A DNA stretch of 64,000 nucleotides from Alphaproteobacteria bacterium (GCA_965203415.1 CBDBCS010000006.1:1502531-1566530); one strand, 5' to 3'. Positions 18,568-28,110 are shown, counted from the stretch's first letter. Made by a program: numbers and translations. Notes: generated by a model not told the origin, from the letters alone.

Positions 18568-20295
18568 GTGGAACGCCTAGATTCGGCTTCGCCCCGGGTT
18601 GTGTCTTGGGTGGTGCCCGGGCTGTCGCCTTGGTGGGGCAGGCTCGGTCTTGGGTTGGCGTTATGGCTTCCGCTCGGCGGTCTGGGCGGCCTGTTGAGCT
18701 GGCTCTTATTCGGGCCCGCCGGCGGCGTGCCGGAGCCCCCCGGCAGTGGGCTCTTTCCAGCCCTCTTCCAGGCGTCGAGTTGGGTCTGGAGGCTCTTGCA
18801 ATTCACCATGCTCGAGTCTTTTTTGTCGGCTTTCTTCAGCCTTCTGATCGGTTTTGTGTGGGCTCGTGGGCTTGTGCGGCGTTCTTTTCCCCGCTTTCTG
18901 CACCCGGTTCCCTATATGCTGGCGAGTTTCGCCATGCCGCAGATTGTGGTTCTCTTTGCTTTCGTCCAGTTTTGGGGGAGCCAGGGTGTCGTGGAGGCCC
19001 TCTTTCAGCCCTATCAGACCGGTCTCTTGGAGCGAGGCTGGTATTACGGCCTGGAAGGCGTGGTACTCGTCCATATTTTTTACAACGCCCCCTTCTTTGC
19101 CCTGGTTTTTTATCAGGTTCTGAGCTCTATCCCGGCCGAGCGTCTCCAATTGGCCCTTCATCTGGGTTTTCGAGACGTCGATTATCTGAGACTTCTGGAC
19201 CTCCCGGTTGTTTTCAAAACGGTCCTGCCTGCGTTCGGGCTTGTTTTTTTTCTGTGTTTCACCAGCTTTACCCCCGTTCTCGTTCTGGGAGGCGGCCCGC
19301 CTAATCAAACGCTGGAGGTCGCTCTTTACCAGGCGATGCGTCTGGACTACGCCCCGACCACGGCCATGAGCCTTGCGCTTTTGCAAGGTGTTCTCCTGGT
19401 TCCGATGCTGTTTTTTCTGGTGCACACGTCTCGGACGCGTCTGACCTTGGCGCATGCCCCGCCGCGTCGAGCCGTGAAACACCGTGTCGATTCGAAAAAC
19501 ACGACGGCTCTTCTGGCGGACGCCTTCGGTTTTTTGTTGTTTTTGGTTTTGGTTCTCTTTCCTCTTGCGGGTCTAGTCGCAACGGGGTTGCCTTTAGTGC
19601 CTCTGTGGTTCGAATCGGGGAGCGTGCCGTGGTTTGCACCGTGGCTGGCTTTGGGGAGGTCGCTCTTGATTGGGCTGGGCAGTGGCGTGCTTGCCGTTTT
19701 CGGCGCGCTCTGTCTCGTGCAAGCCGGGCGTTCCGCCGGGCGTTCCGCCGGGCGTTCCACCGGACGTTCCGAGACCCGCTGGGTTTTTGCCGCCTTGAGC
19801 CCTTTTCTCATGCCTGTCGGCATGGCGGGGCTCGTTTTTTTCTTGACCCTGAGTTCCTTCACAGACCCAGGGCCGTGGCTTATCCCGGTGGCTATTGCGA
19901 TCAATGGGACGCATCTGATTCCTCTGGCGTTTTTGTTGGTCCGTCCGCTCGTACGGGAACTGGAGCAGCGTTATAAGGCTCAACTCATTGTGTTAAAGGT
20001 TTCGGGTCTGTCAGGGTTCTGGCGCGTAGACTGGCCGAGTCTGGCTCCGGGCTTGCGGACGATTTTCGTCTTATGCGTGTGTCTGGGCTTCGGCGAGATG
20101 ACCGTCGCTGTGTTTTTTGCTTCGCCGGAAGGGCCGAGTTTACCGCTTTTACTTCTCCGAGCGATGGGGCATTACCGTTTTGACTATGCGGCTAGTCTGG
20201 CTTTTCTGCTTTTGGTGAGTTTTCTCGTTTTGGCTCATTTTCCCTTTTCGTTATGCGCCCGGCTCGCGAGAAACTTGAGCAGAATCCAGCTATAA
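18568..20295 (+). CDS. thiP: thiamine ABC transporter permease (duplicated permease domains)
   Basis: This is a long polytopic protein with two permease halves, sitting between thiB and thiQ. The ORF is open from 18460. The GTG at 18568 precedes the first TM segment, but the start is uncertain. Confidence 0.8.
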   Translation: MERLDSASPRVVSWVVPGLSPWWGRLGLGLALWLPLGGLGGLLSWLLFGPAGGVPEPPGSGLFPALFQASSWVWRLLQFTMLESFLSAFFSLLIGFVWARGLVRRSFPRFLHPVPYMLASFAMPQIVVLFAFVQFWGSQGVVEALFQPYQTGLLERGWYYGLEGVVLVHIFYNAPFFALVFYQVLSSIPAERLQLALHLGFRDVDYLRLLDLPVVFKTVLPAFGLVFFLCFTSFTPVLVLGGGPPNQTLEVALYQAMRLDYAPTTAMSLALLQGVLLVPMLFFLVHTSRTRLTLAHAPPRRAVKHRVDSKNTTALLADAFGFLLFLVLVLFPLAGLVATGLPLVPLWFESGSVPWFAPWLALGRSLLIGLGSGVLAVFGALCLVQAGRSAGRSAGRSTGRSETRWVFAALSPFLMPVGMAGLVFFLTLSSFTDPGPWLIPVAIAINGTHLIPLAFLLVRPLVRELEQRYKAQLIVLKVSGLSGFWRVDWPSLAPGLRTIFVLCVCLGFGEMTVAVFFASPEGPSLPLLLLRAMGHYRFDYAASLAFLLLVSFLVLAHFPFSLCARLARNLSRIQL

Positions 20296-20303
20296 CAAGA
20301 GGC

Positions 20304-20969
20304 ATGTTACATTGGACGCGTCTCGTCTTGCTTCGAGGGTCTCGCGAGATAACCGTGGCTCCCATGCGTTTCCCGCCTCAGATGGTGGCCGTTCTGGGGC
20401 CCTCGGGGAGCGGCAAAACGAGTTTTTTTCACGCGCTGAGCGGGCTCCTTCCCTTTCACGAGGGCCACGTTTTCCTGGACGACCGGGAGCTCACGCGCCT
20501 GCCGGGCGGGGCCCGGCCTGTGAGTCTCATGTTTCAGAATTTGGACTTGTTCGAGCATTTGCGCGTTCTAGACAATGTGGCTTTGGGTCTCGGGCCGCGG
20601 CACTTGAGACGCCATCGAAAGCAGGCTTTGTCGTTTCTGTCTCGGGTGGCTCTGGCAGAGAAGGCCATGGCGTTTCCGGGAGACCTCTCGGGCGGGGAGC
20701 AACGGCGGGTGGCCTTGGCCCGAGTCCTTTTAAGAGCTTCTCTATGCCCGATTGTGCTCCTGGATGAGCCTTTCGCGTCCGTGGACCCCCGCCGCCGTCA
20801 AGAGCTTGTCCTCTGGCTTCAGGGGCAACAGCGCGCGCTGGGTCTGTATATTTTCATTGCGACGCATCTCCAGAAAGAGGCCGACCAATGGGCGCAACGC
20901 GTTTTGCTCTTTCAGGATGGGTGTTTGAACGAAAGCCTCCACGAGACACCGAGACACGATGGGCGGTGA
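20304..20969 (+). CDS. thiQ: thiamine ABC transporter ATP-binding protein
   Basis: It has Walker A GPSGSGKTS, the ABC signature LSGGEQRRVALAR and Walker B IVLLDEP. I chose the ATG at 20304, just after the thiP stop. Confidence 0.85.
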   Translation: MLHWTRLVLLRGSREITVAPMRFPPQMVAVLGPSGSGKTSFFHALSGLLPFHEGHVFLDDRELTRLPGGARPVSLMFQNLDLFEHLRVLDNVALGLGPRHLRRHRKQALSFLSRVALAEKAMAFPGDLSGGEQRRVALARVLLRASLCPIVLLDEPFASVDPRRRQELVLWLQGQQRALGLYIFIATHLQKEADQWAQRVLLFQDGCLNESLHETPRHDGR

Positions 20970-20972
20970 ATC

Positions 20973-21240
20973 CCAGGATAAACCGGTGGATAAGCCGGGG
21001 ATAAGCCGGTGGATAAACCGGTCGTGGGCCATGCAAAAAGACGTGGACAAGTCTAAACGATATGTGGATAAGCCTACAGTAAACTCGAACGTGTAGTAGA
21101 CTGCCGAGATATTTTCCGCTCGTGTTTTCCGGGCTGAAGGTCCCTCGGGCGTCTCCGGCGCGGCGGCGGACTTGGCGCTGCCGGCAATTTTGAAGCATAC
21201 GAATATAGATACGAAATAGATTTGGCGTGTTTGTGGATAG
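20973..21240. promoter_or_regulatory. cluster of DnaA-box-like 9-mers plus tandem AT-rich 12-mers
   Basis: A perfect TGTGGATAA (reverse complement of TTATCCACA) is at 21063-21071. GGTGGATAA occurs at 20985-20993 and 21008-21016, CGTGGACAA at 21042-21050 and TGTGGATAG at 21232-21240, all in the same orientation. ACGAATATAGAT and ACGAAATAGAT lie in tandem at 21199-21221 within an AT-rich patch. Confidence 0.45.
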
Positions 21241-21862
21241 ACTTTATTCCGAGAAACCCTCTTCCTCTGATTCCTCTGACGGCGTCAATCCCATCGACCA
21301 GCTGGAGGCCATGTTCGTCCGTTTCGACTGGCCCTATGACCGCGTGGCCGAGAACCGATTGGCCGTAGGCACTCAGGGCAAATGGTGTCTCTATCATCTT
21401 CTTTTCGAGTGGCAGCCGGACCTGGAGGGCTTTCAGGTCGTGAGCCGCTTCGATTTCACCATGCGTGAGGGACTGGCTGACAAACTGGACCGCCTTCTCA
21501 ATTTGATTAACGGCAAGACATGGCTTGGTCATTTTGAACGGTGTCCAGATGACGCAACGCTGCTGTATCGGGTTGGTCTGCCTACGCGCGGTTTGGGCGG
21601 CATGCCTCAGGCGATTCTGCGCGACGTCATCGATACCGTCCTCTCGTCCTGTGAGTGCTATTATCCTGCTTTCCAATATGTGATTTGGGCTCGGCGCTCG
21701 CCCGAAGCGGCTTTGGCCCAGGCTCTCCTGGACAATAGCAGGAACGAGGCCGCCGCCGCCGCCGCCGCCGCCGCACCCGGGGATGATGCCGAACGCGACC
21801 GCGACGACGCTCCGGATGAGCCTGCTGGTGGGCCTGCGGGCGGGCCGGAAAAGAGCCCCTGA
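21227..21862 (+). CDS. YbjN domain-containing protein with poly-Ala/acidic tail
   Basis: PIDQLEAMFVRFDWPYDRV...YHLLFEWQPDLEGFQVVSRFDF fits the YbjN-type fold family. Its position upstream of proC is common in alphaproteobacteria. The start is a GTG and is uncertain. Confidence 0.65.
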   Translation: MFVDRLYSEKPSSSDSSDGVNPIDQLEAMFVRFDWPYDRVAENRLAVGTQGKWCLYHLLFEWQPDLEGFQVVSRFDFTMREGLADKLDRLLNLINGKTWLGHFERCPDDATLLYRVGLPTRGLGGMPQAILRDVIDTVLSSCECYYPAFQYVIWARRSPEAALAQALLDNSRNEAAAAAAAAAPGDDAERDRDDAPDEPAGGPAGGPEKSP

Positions 21863-21864
21863 CG

Positions 21865-23058
21865 GTGATACAGACGGTGGCCCAGAAAAAAGACGCACCG
21901 CCGCCTGAAAAGCCGCCCAGCGGGCTCGCCGAGCGAGCCCCGGCTGGAGCGGCACATAAAACCGGGCATAAAACCGCGCATAAAACCGGGACGCGGCCCT
22001 CGCCCAAGCCGTCGCCGCCCCCCGGGGCGGCTCCTGGGTCGCCCGGCTCGCCCCGCCGGCGTTCGGTGCCCCGAGCTGGCCTCGGGAAGGCCGCCCCAGA
22101 GGCGGGCCTCCTGATGATAGGGTGCGGCACGATGGGTCAGGCTCTGCTGGACCGCTGGCTTATTGCCGGGCGTATCCAGGCGAAGTTTCCGGCGACCATT
22201 GTAGACCCCCAGCGTTTTTCGACTTTGGCGGCTCCTAGAAAAGCCGTGCGTGCCTTTGCCGCTCTAGAGGACATTCCCGCCCGGCGAAAATTTGACACGG
22301 TTCTCCTAGCTGTCAAACCGTCGGATTATGAAAAAACATGTCTGGAACTGCGAGCCTGGCTCGTCGAGCGGTACGCGCGTTTCAAGACTGCCCCGCCCTC
22401 GCTGTTGATCTCCGTGATGGCCGGCATCGGCACGAACCTCCTCCAGGCCGTTTTCGAGGCGCCGGTTTCGCTTCCCGAGGCGGCTTCGGGCTCGGGTGCC
22501 ACAGACCAGAGTTCAGCCTCGGGCCTAGCCCCGGGAGTATCCCCCGGATCGTCTTCGTCCTTTTTTACGGGTCTGTCGATTGTTCGAGCCATGCCGAATT
22601 TACCGGTGGCCGTTGGGCATGGTCTGACGTTTTTGTGTCCCTCGGGGCGTTGTCGCAAAGGAGCCCTCCGTCGAGCGACGACTCTCTTTAAGGCGACGGG
22701 TCAGACCATTCTGTTGGAACAGGAAAACGCGATGAACGCGGCAACGGCTATTTCGGGTTCGGGGCCGGCCTATATCTGTTTATTCATCGAATCGATGGTG
22801 GAAGCCAGTTGCTATCTGGGTCTGCCCGAGGACATGGCTTCGCAGGTCGTGCCTCAGGTTTTAGAGGGTGCCCTTCGGCTGCTATCGGCTTCGGGCCAGA
22901 CGCCGCGGCAGTTGCGGGAGGCGGTCACCTCCCCCGAGGGTTCGACCGAGGCGGCTCTGGCCGTTCTGATGGACGAGCGTCACGGCATGCCGGCTCTCGT
23001 TCGGCGTGCCGTCATTCTTGCCCGCGACCGAGGCCGCGAATTGGGAATCCGGCATTGA
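21865..23058 (+). CDS. proC: pyrroline-5-carboxylate reductase (N-terminal low-complexity extension or later start)
   Basis: It has the dinucleotide fold MIGCGTMGQALL and the C-terminal signature AISGSGPAYICLFIESM...REAVTSPEGSTEAAL. The first internal ATG is at 22114, and the true start may lie between 21865 and 22114. Confidence 0.85.
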   Translation: MIQTVAQKKDAPPPEKPPSGLAERAPAGAAHKTGHKTAHKTGTRPSPKPSPPPGAAPGSPGSPRRRSVPRAGLGKAAPEAGLLMIGCGTMGQALLDRWLIAGRIQAKFPATIVDPQRFSTLAAPRKAVRAFAALEDIPARRKFDTVLLAVKPSDYEKTCLELRAWLVERYARFKTAPPSLLISVMAGIGTNLLQAVFEAPVSLPEAASGSGATDQSSASGLAPGVSPGSSSSFFTGLSIVRAMPNLPVAVGHGLTFLCPSGRCRKGALRRATTLFKATGQTILLEQENAMNAATAISGSGPAYICLFIESMVEASCYLGLPEDMASQVVPQVLEGALRLLSASGQTPRQLREAVTSPEGSTEAALAVLMDERHGMPALVRRAVILARDRGRELGIRH

Positions 23059-23114
23059 GAGACGCCGCCGCGCGTGGGGCGGCCCTGCCCCTTCGAGCCC
23101 AATTTCTGGAAGCG

Positions 23115-23624
23115 ATGTCTCTGGCGGTGCATAGTGTGTATGTCCTCACCAGTGGCGGCGAGGGCTTGACGTTATCGGCTTTCAGCTCTTTAGCGGTAGA
23201 CGGGCCTCAACCGACGATTCTGGCGTGTGTCCATCGCCAGAGTCCCGCCCAGCGGGTGGCTCGGTTACGTTGTTCTTTCGCGGTCAATTTGCTCGGGGCG
23301 ACGCAGCGGACGGTCGCAGAAAAATTTGCAGGGTGGGGCGGCGTGCGGTCGGGGCAGGAGAAATTCGCCGCCGCGCGCTGGTCCCATTTTGAGAGCGGCA
23401 ATGTCTATATGCCAGAGGCCCTCATGGCTCTGGATTGTCAGTTGAGAACCTATCACCGCCTGGATACGCATATGGTTCTCATCGGGTCGGTGCGCGAGGT
23501 CTATTTGTCCGGGGCTGCCACCGACGCTGCGCCATCTTCCTCCCGGGGGTCAGCTCGGGGGTCGGGCGAGCCTCTCACCTATGCCCGGCGCCAGTTTCAA
23601 GCCCCGGCTCCATCCTCGGAATAG
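23115..23624 (+). CDS. flavin reductase family protein
   Basis: FLEAMSLAVHSVYVLTSGGEG...LSAFSSLAVDGPQPTILACV is the flavin reductase-like split-barrel pattern. An alternative TTG at 23055 overlaps the proC stop as TTGA. Confidence 0.7.
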   Translation: MSLAVHSVYVLTSGGEGLTLSAFSSLAVDGPQPTILACVHRQSPAQRVARLRCSFAVNLLGATQRTVAEKFAGWGGVRSGQEKFAAARWSHFESGNVYMPEALMALDCQLRTYHRLDTHMVLIGSVREVYLSGAATDAAPSSSRGSARGSGEPLTYARRQFQAPAPSSE

Positions 23625-23644
23625 GGCCCCGGAATAGGACTCGG

Positions 23645-26362
23645 TCAAGCTCCCGCCCGTCGGGTTCTCGGAGCCGTCTTCCGCTTGGTTCCGGCTTTTG
23701 CCGTGGTTTTTTTCCGGGCTGTTTTCCGGGCCGAGTCCGGGTCTGCGCCGTTCGAGATGTGCTTCTCCAGGAGTCGACCGAGCTCTTCATCAGAGAACGC
23801 CTCGTCCTGCATCGTTCGAGGCAGGGCCGCTCGATAGTTTTGCCAAAAGAGCGTCCGCCCGAAACGCGAGACAAGCAGATAAACGGGCTGTCCGCGCCAA
23901 GTTCCAATCTGGCGTCCGCGTTTTACCGCGCGTTGTTCGCTTTCGTGGATTAGAGCGACGGCGTGGTTTTCACCGATCGTGAAGGCCTCTTCGTGGTCTT
24001 TCAGCCTCACATTGGAGCCCCGATACTGGAGATAGGGCCCGTAGGGCCCGATTTTAGAAAAAATCGGCTCGCCGCTTTCGGGATGGAGGGCAACTTGGCG
24101 TGGCAGACTCAGACATTTGAGAGCCAGTTCCAAAGTCGCCTGGTCGGGCCGATAAGACTTAGGCAAGCTGGTGCGGCGCGCCACTTTCGCGTCCTCGCCC
24201 TGTTGAAAATAGAACCCATAGGGGCCTTTCCGAAAAGAAATCGGTTCTCCCGAGTCATTTGTGCCCAGCAGACGCGGCTGCCCTGGCCCCTCGGGAGGCG
24301 TCTTGGGGGTGTCGCCCGCTTGGGGCTCCCCGAGTTTCGACTCTATTTTCGACGCTATTCCCGTCGCCGAGGTCGAAGCGGCCGAAGCGGCCGAAGAGTC
24401 TGCCGTCTCGTCGGTTCCAATCGAGTGGATATATTTGCAATCAGGGTAATTCGAACAGCCGAAGAAAAGAGACCGAGGGAAAATTTTCAGCTGCAAAGAG
24501 CCCTCCCCGCACTGCCGGCACTTCATGAGAGCCGCAAGATCGCCTCCCGGCGGACATTTGAGAAAATAGCCTCCTAAAGCCTCGTGCAGATGGTGCTGGA
24601 CGGTTCGATTATCGATCTCTTGAGCGGTCTCGATTTTAGAGGCAAAATCCTTCCAGAAGGCCTCCAGGACTTCGCGCCATAGGTGCGTCCCATTGGCGAC
24701 ACTATCGAGTTCCTCTTCCAGGTTCGAGGTAAATTCGTTTTTGACGTAAGCGGCGAACCACTCTTTGAGATAGGCCGAGACCAACATCCCGGTCTCAGAG
24801 GGGACCAAGCGTTGCTTGTGCTGGACGACATAATTGCGTTGCTGCAGAACGCGGAGAATAGAGGCATAGGTCGAAGGACGCCCAATGCCCTGTTCTTCCA
24901 GTTCTCGGACCAAGCCGGCTTCGTTGAAGCGCGGCGGCGGTTTCGTGAAATGCTGCGTTTTGGAAAACCGGACTTTGAAGAGCTCTTGCCCGACCTCCAG
25001 AGGCGGAAGGAGCGCCGTGGGTTTTTCCGTCTCTTCGGTGGTGGGGGTCGGTTTATAGATTTTCAGGAAACCCTCGAAGGTGCAGACGAGGCCCGAGGCG
25101 CGCAGCTCCGTCCCTTCGTGGCCGGTCTGAATGACAGCCGTCGTTTGTTCAAAAGCCGCCGGGCGCATGCCGCTCGCCAGGGCGCGCCGCCAGACCAGTT
25201 CGTAAAGCTCCAGAGCCTCTTCAGGCAGAGTCCGTCCCGCTGTGGCTTTGAGCTCCTGGGGGGTTCGAGAAAAATCCGTAGGCCGGATTGCCTCGTGGGC
25301 TTCCTGGGCGTTTCGGACTTTGGATTTATAGACGGTGGGCTTGTCGGGCAGATAGGTTTTTCCCAGTTCCTGGGCGATATAGGCTCTTTGTTGTTGGATA
25401 GCCTGCTGGGCGAGGGCAACCGAATCCGTCCGATGGTAGGTAATCAGCCCGACGTGCCCCTGTCCCGCGAGCGTTGCGCCCTCATAGAGGCGTTGGGCTA
25501 GCTCCATGGTTTTCGTGACGCTGAAACGCAGCCGGCGCGAGGCCTCCTGCTGGAGGGTGGAGGTGATAAAAGGCGGAAACGGGCGGCGTAGAACCTGCTT
25601 GCTGTCGCTTTTTGCGACCCTGAAAGGCGTTTTCTCGGCGCGTTCGAGGGCGTGCGCCGCCGCCTCTTCGTTCTGGAGTCCCATTTTGGGGAGGACGCGC
25701 CCCTCTAGTCGGTAGAGACGGGCCTCGAAGGTTGGGGCTTCTTCCGTTTGTTGGGTCTTGAGGTGGCCTTGGACGGTCCAATACTCTTGAGGCTCGAATC
25801 GATTGATTTCCAGTTCTCGGTCGCAGACAATGCGCAGAGCCACCGATTGAACGCGCCCCGCCGAGCGCGCCCCGCTCAATTTTCGCCACAAAACAGGCGA
25901 GAGCTCAAACCCTACCAGATAATCCAGCGCGCGCCGAGCCAGATAGGCTTCGATGAGAGCCAGATTCAGGTCCCGCGGGTTCTGGACGGCTTGAGTGACG
26001 GCTCCTTTTGTGATTTCGTGGAAAACAACGCGTCGAGGTGGCGTTTCAAGACGATTTTTGTCCTCTTTGGTTAAGAGCTGGCACAAATGCCAAGCGATGG
26101 CCTCGCCCTCGCGGTCTGGGTCGGTCGCCAGCAAAAGAGCCTGATTGCGTCGCAGAGCTTCTCGAATCGCCTTCAGATACCCCGCGCCTCTGGGGGAGAG
26201 CGTCCAGTGCATGCGGAAGCCGTGTTCGGGCTCGACCATGCCGTTTTTGCTCGCCAGGTCTCGCAGATGGCCGTAGGTCGCGAGGACCTCATAGTCGGAA
26301 CCCAGATAGTTACGAACGGTTTTGGCTTTGGAAGGCGACTCTACAACCAGGAGCGTGGACAT
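23645..26362 (-). CDS. topA: DNA topoisomerase I
   Basis: The Toprim start is MSTLLVVESPSKAKTV...YGHLRDL. The active-site region is GLITYHRTDS. The C-terminal zinc-ribbon-like segment is CRQCGEGSLQLK...GCSNYPDC, followed by a basic tail. Confidence 0.95.
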   Translation of the reverse strand: MSTLLVVESPSKAKTVRNYLGSDYEVLATYGHLRDLASKNGMVEPEHGFRMHWTLSPRGAGYLKAIREALRRNQALLLATDPDREGEAIAWHLCQLLTKEDKNRLETPPRRVVFHEITKGAVTQAVQNPRDLNLALIEAYLARRALDYLVGFELSPVLWRKLSGARSAGRVQSVALRIVCDRELEINRFEPQEYWTVQGHLKTQQTEEAPTFEARLYRLEGRVLPKMGLQNEEAAAHALERAEKTPFRVAKSDSKQVLRRPFPPFITSTLQQEASRRLRFSVTKTMELAQRLYEGATLAGQGHVGLITYHRTDSVALAQQAIQQQRAYIAQELGKTYLPDKPTVYKSKVRNAQEAHEAIRPTDFSRTPQELKATAGRTLPEEALELYELVWRRALASGMRPAAFEQTTAVIQTGHEGTELRASGLVCTFEGFLKIYKPTPTTEETEKPTALLPPLEVGQELFKVRFSKTQHFTKPPPRFNEAGLVRELEEQGIGRPSTYASILRVLQQRNYVVQHKQRLVPSETGMLVSAYLKEWFAAYVKNEFTSNLEEELDSVANGTHLWREVLEAFWKDFASKIETAQEIDNRTVQHHLHEALGGYFLKCPPGGDLAALMKCRQCGEGSLQLKIFPRSLFFGCSNYPDCKYIHSIGTDETADSSAASAASTSATGIASKIESKLGEPQAGDTPKTPPEGPGQPRLLGTNDSGEPISFRKGPYGFYFQQGEDAKVARRTSLPKSYRPDQATLELALKCLSLPRQVALHPESGEPIFSKIGPYGPYLQYRGSNVRLKDHEEAFTIGENHAVALIHESEQRAVKRGRQIGTWRGQPVYLLVSRFGRTLFWQNYRAALPRTMQDEAFSDEELGRLLEKHISNGADPDSARKTARKKTTAKAGTKRKTAPRTRRAGA

Positions 26363-26943
26363 AAAACAAGGCGAACCATAAGACGATGCAGGAAACAGGG
26401 TGGGAAGCGATTCTGAGCGAATGAAGCAACAATACAGCCGAAAGGGAAAATAAAGTCAAAAAATAAACAGACGAGGCCGTCCGGACGACTCTGTTCAGAC
26501 GGGTCTGTTCGGGTTTTCTCCTTGCATGGCCGGGTGAGCGGCCCTGACTCCTGTAAGCCACGAAGGGCACCAAGAAGGACGACCGGCAGGATACGCCGCT
26601 AGCATATTCCGGGGCAAAAAACAAGCCTTCTCGCCCTTTGTCACCCTTCGGCCTCGGATTCCGCCCGGGTCATCCCCGGGTCATCCCCGGATTATTTCTG
26701 GTGTCTCTTTCAGGGAGGGGCCAGGGACATGGATAGGGAGGGCACAAAACGCAGCTGGGTTAAGGCAGCCTTGACAGCCTTCGCCACGCCTTTTCCCACG
26801 CTTTTTTATAGGCTCTCTTTCCGAGCCGGCTCAAGAGGGGGTGATTCGGAAAAGATTTTTCTCAAACCCTATTTGTGATTCGCGTTATGATAGGGGCTCA
26901 AGTGTATTTCGGACGCCGCGCACCGTGTGGCCAGAACAGAACT

Positions 26944-28110
26944 ATGAACGACAGCCCGTGTAAAACCCCAGGTAAAACCCCAGCTCAAGCCTCGCGTCAA
27001 AAACCGAGCGGCCCGAGCGGCCGGCCACGGCCAGCCCGCGCTCCGGCCCCGGACGACGGCGACGGTGCCTCGGCTCAAGAGAAGATCCGTCGCTTTGCCG
27101 CCGGCATCGGCTTGGCGGAGATGCGTGTAACTCAGCCGCATTTATCGGCATCCGTTCGGTCGAATCTCCGTCGTTTTGTCTCAGAGAAGGCCTATTTAGA
27201 CATGCACTGGATGGCCGACAAACTGGAGCGGCGTCTTTTTCCGCTCAGTCTTCTGCCGGGCACCCGCTCTGTTTTAGTTTTCGGGCTCTCGTATGCGCCG
27301 TCGGCCCCGCCGTTGCGTTTCTTGCACCGGCCGAGCCGAGGCTTAATCTCGGTCTATGCCCAAGGCAAAGATTATCATCGTCTGATGCTCAAGCGTCTCC
27401 GGCAAGTCGGTGTTTTCATCCAGTCGAACTGGCCGGCGTCAGAGCTGCGTCTTTTTGTAGACACGGCCCCCGTGGCCGAGAAGCCTCTGGCTCAGCAAGC
27501 AGGCCTAGGCTGGCAGGGGAAACACACCAATCTCGTTTCGCGCACGCACGGGAGCTGGCTTTTTCTTGGGTCGCTTTTTACGACCTTGGCTCTGCCGCCG
27601 GACCCGCCTCAGGGTCAGTTGTGCGGGTCGTGTCGTTTGTGTCTGACGGCCTGTCCGACGGCGGCTTTGGCGACGCCTTATCGCCTCAATGTCGCAGAGT
27701 GTCTCGCTTATTACACCATCGAGCACAAAGGGGCCATTCCCATGCATCTTCGACGCGCCATGAGTAATCGTGTCTTTGGGTGTGATGATTGTCTCGCGGT
27801 GTGTCCGTGGAATAAATTTGCGCAGGCGACTCGGGAGACGGACTTCAAAACGCGTTTTTCGTCGTATCATTTGCGTGATTTTTTGTCTCTGGACGAGGCG
27901 TCCTTTCGAGACGTCTTTCGTCAGACGCCGGTGCGGCGGCTCGGTCACCGGCTTTTTTTGCGCAATTGTCTCATTGCGGCGGGCAATAGCCGCGACCGAA
28001 CGCTTTTGGCTCGCCTGCGTGTTTTTGCCCGAGACCCCGACCCGTTGCTGGCCGAACACGCGACTTGGGCTGTGAGGGAGCTCGAGGAAGAGGCCTCGTC
28101 GGATGCGTAG
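26944..28110 (+). CDS. queG: tRNA epoxyqueuosine(34) reductase
   Basis: The Fe-S motifs CGSCRLCLTACPT and FGCDDCLAVCPWNKF are present, plus YTIEHKGAIP. The ATG at 26944 fits better than the GTG at 26875. Confidence 0.9.
   Translation: MNDSPCKTPGKTPAQASRQKPSGPSGRPRPARAPAPDDGDGASAQEKIRRFAAGIGLAEMRVTQPHLSASVRSNLRRFVSEKAYLDMHWMADKLERRLFPLSLLPGTRSVLVFGLSYAPSAPPLRFLHRPSRGLISVYAQGKDYHRLMLKRLRQVGVFIQSNWPASELRLFVDTAPVAEKPLAQQAGLGWQGKHTNLVSRTHGSWLFLGSLFTTLALPPDPPQGQLCGSCRLCLTACPTAALATPYRLNVAECLAYYTIEHKGAIPMHLRRAMSNRVFGCDDCLAVCPWNKFAQATRETDFKTRFSSYHLRDFLSLDEASFRDVFRQTPVRRLGHRLFLRNCLIAAGNSRDRTLLARLRVFARDPDPLLAEHATWAVRELEEEASSDA

Noticed and set aside
21074-21955. 293-aa antisense ORF opposite ybjN, and similar long shadow ORFs (337-903 minus, 17195-18067 minus, 2652-3278 minus, 8477-9487 plus)
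   Set aside because: Each lies opposite a gene with clear family motifs and has Arg/Pro/Gly/Ala-rich composition typical of off-frame GC-rich sequence. None has recognisable motifs.
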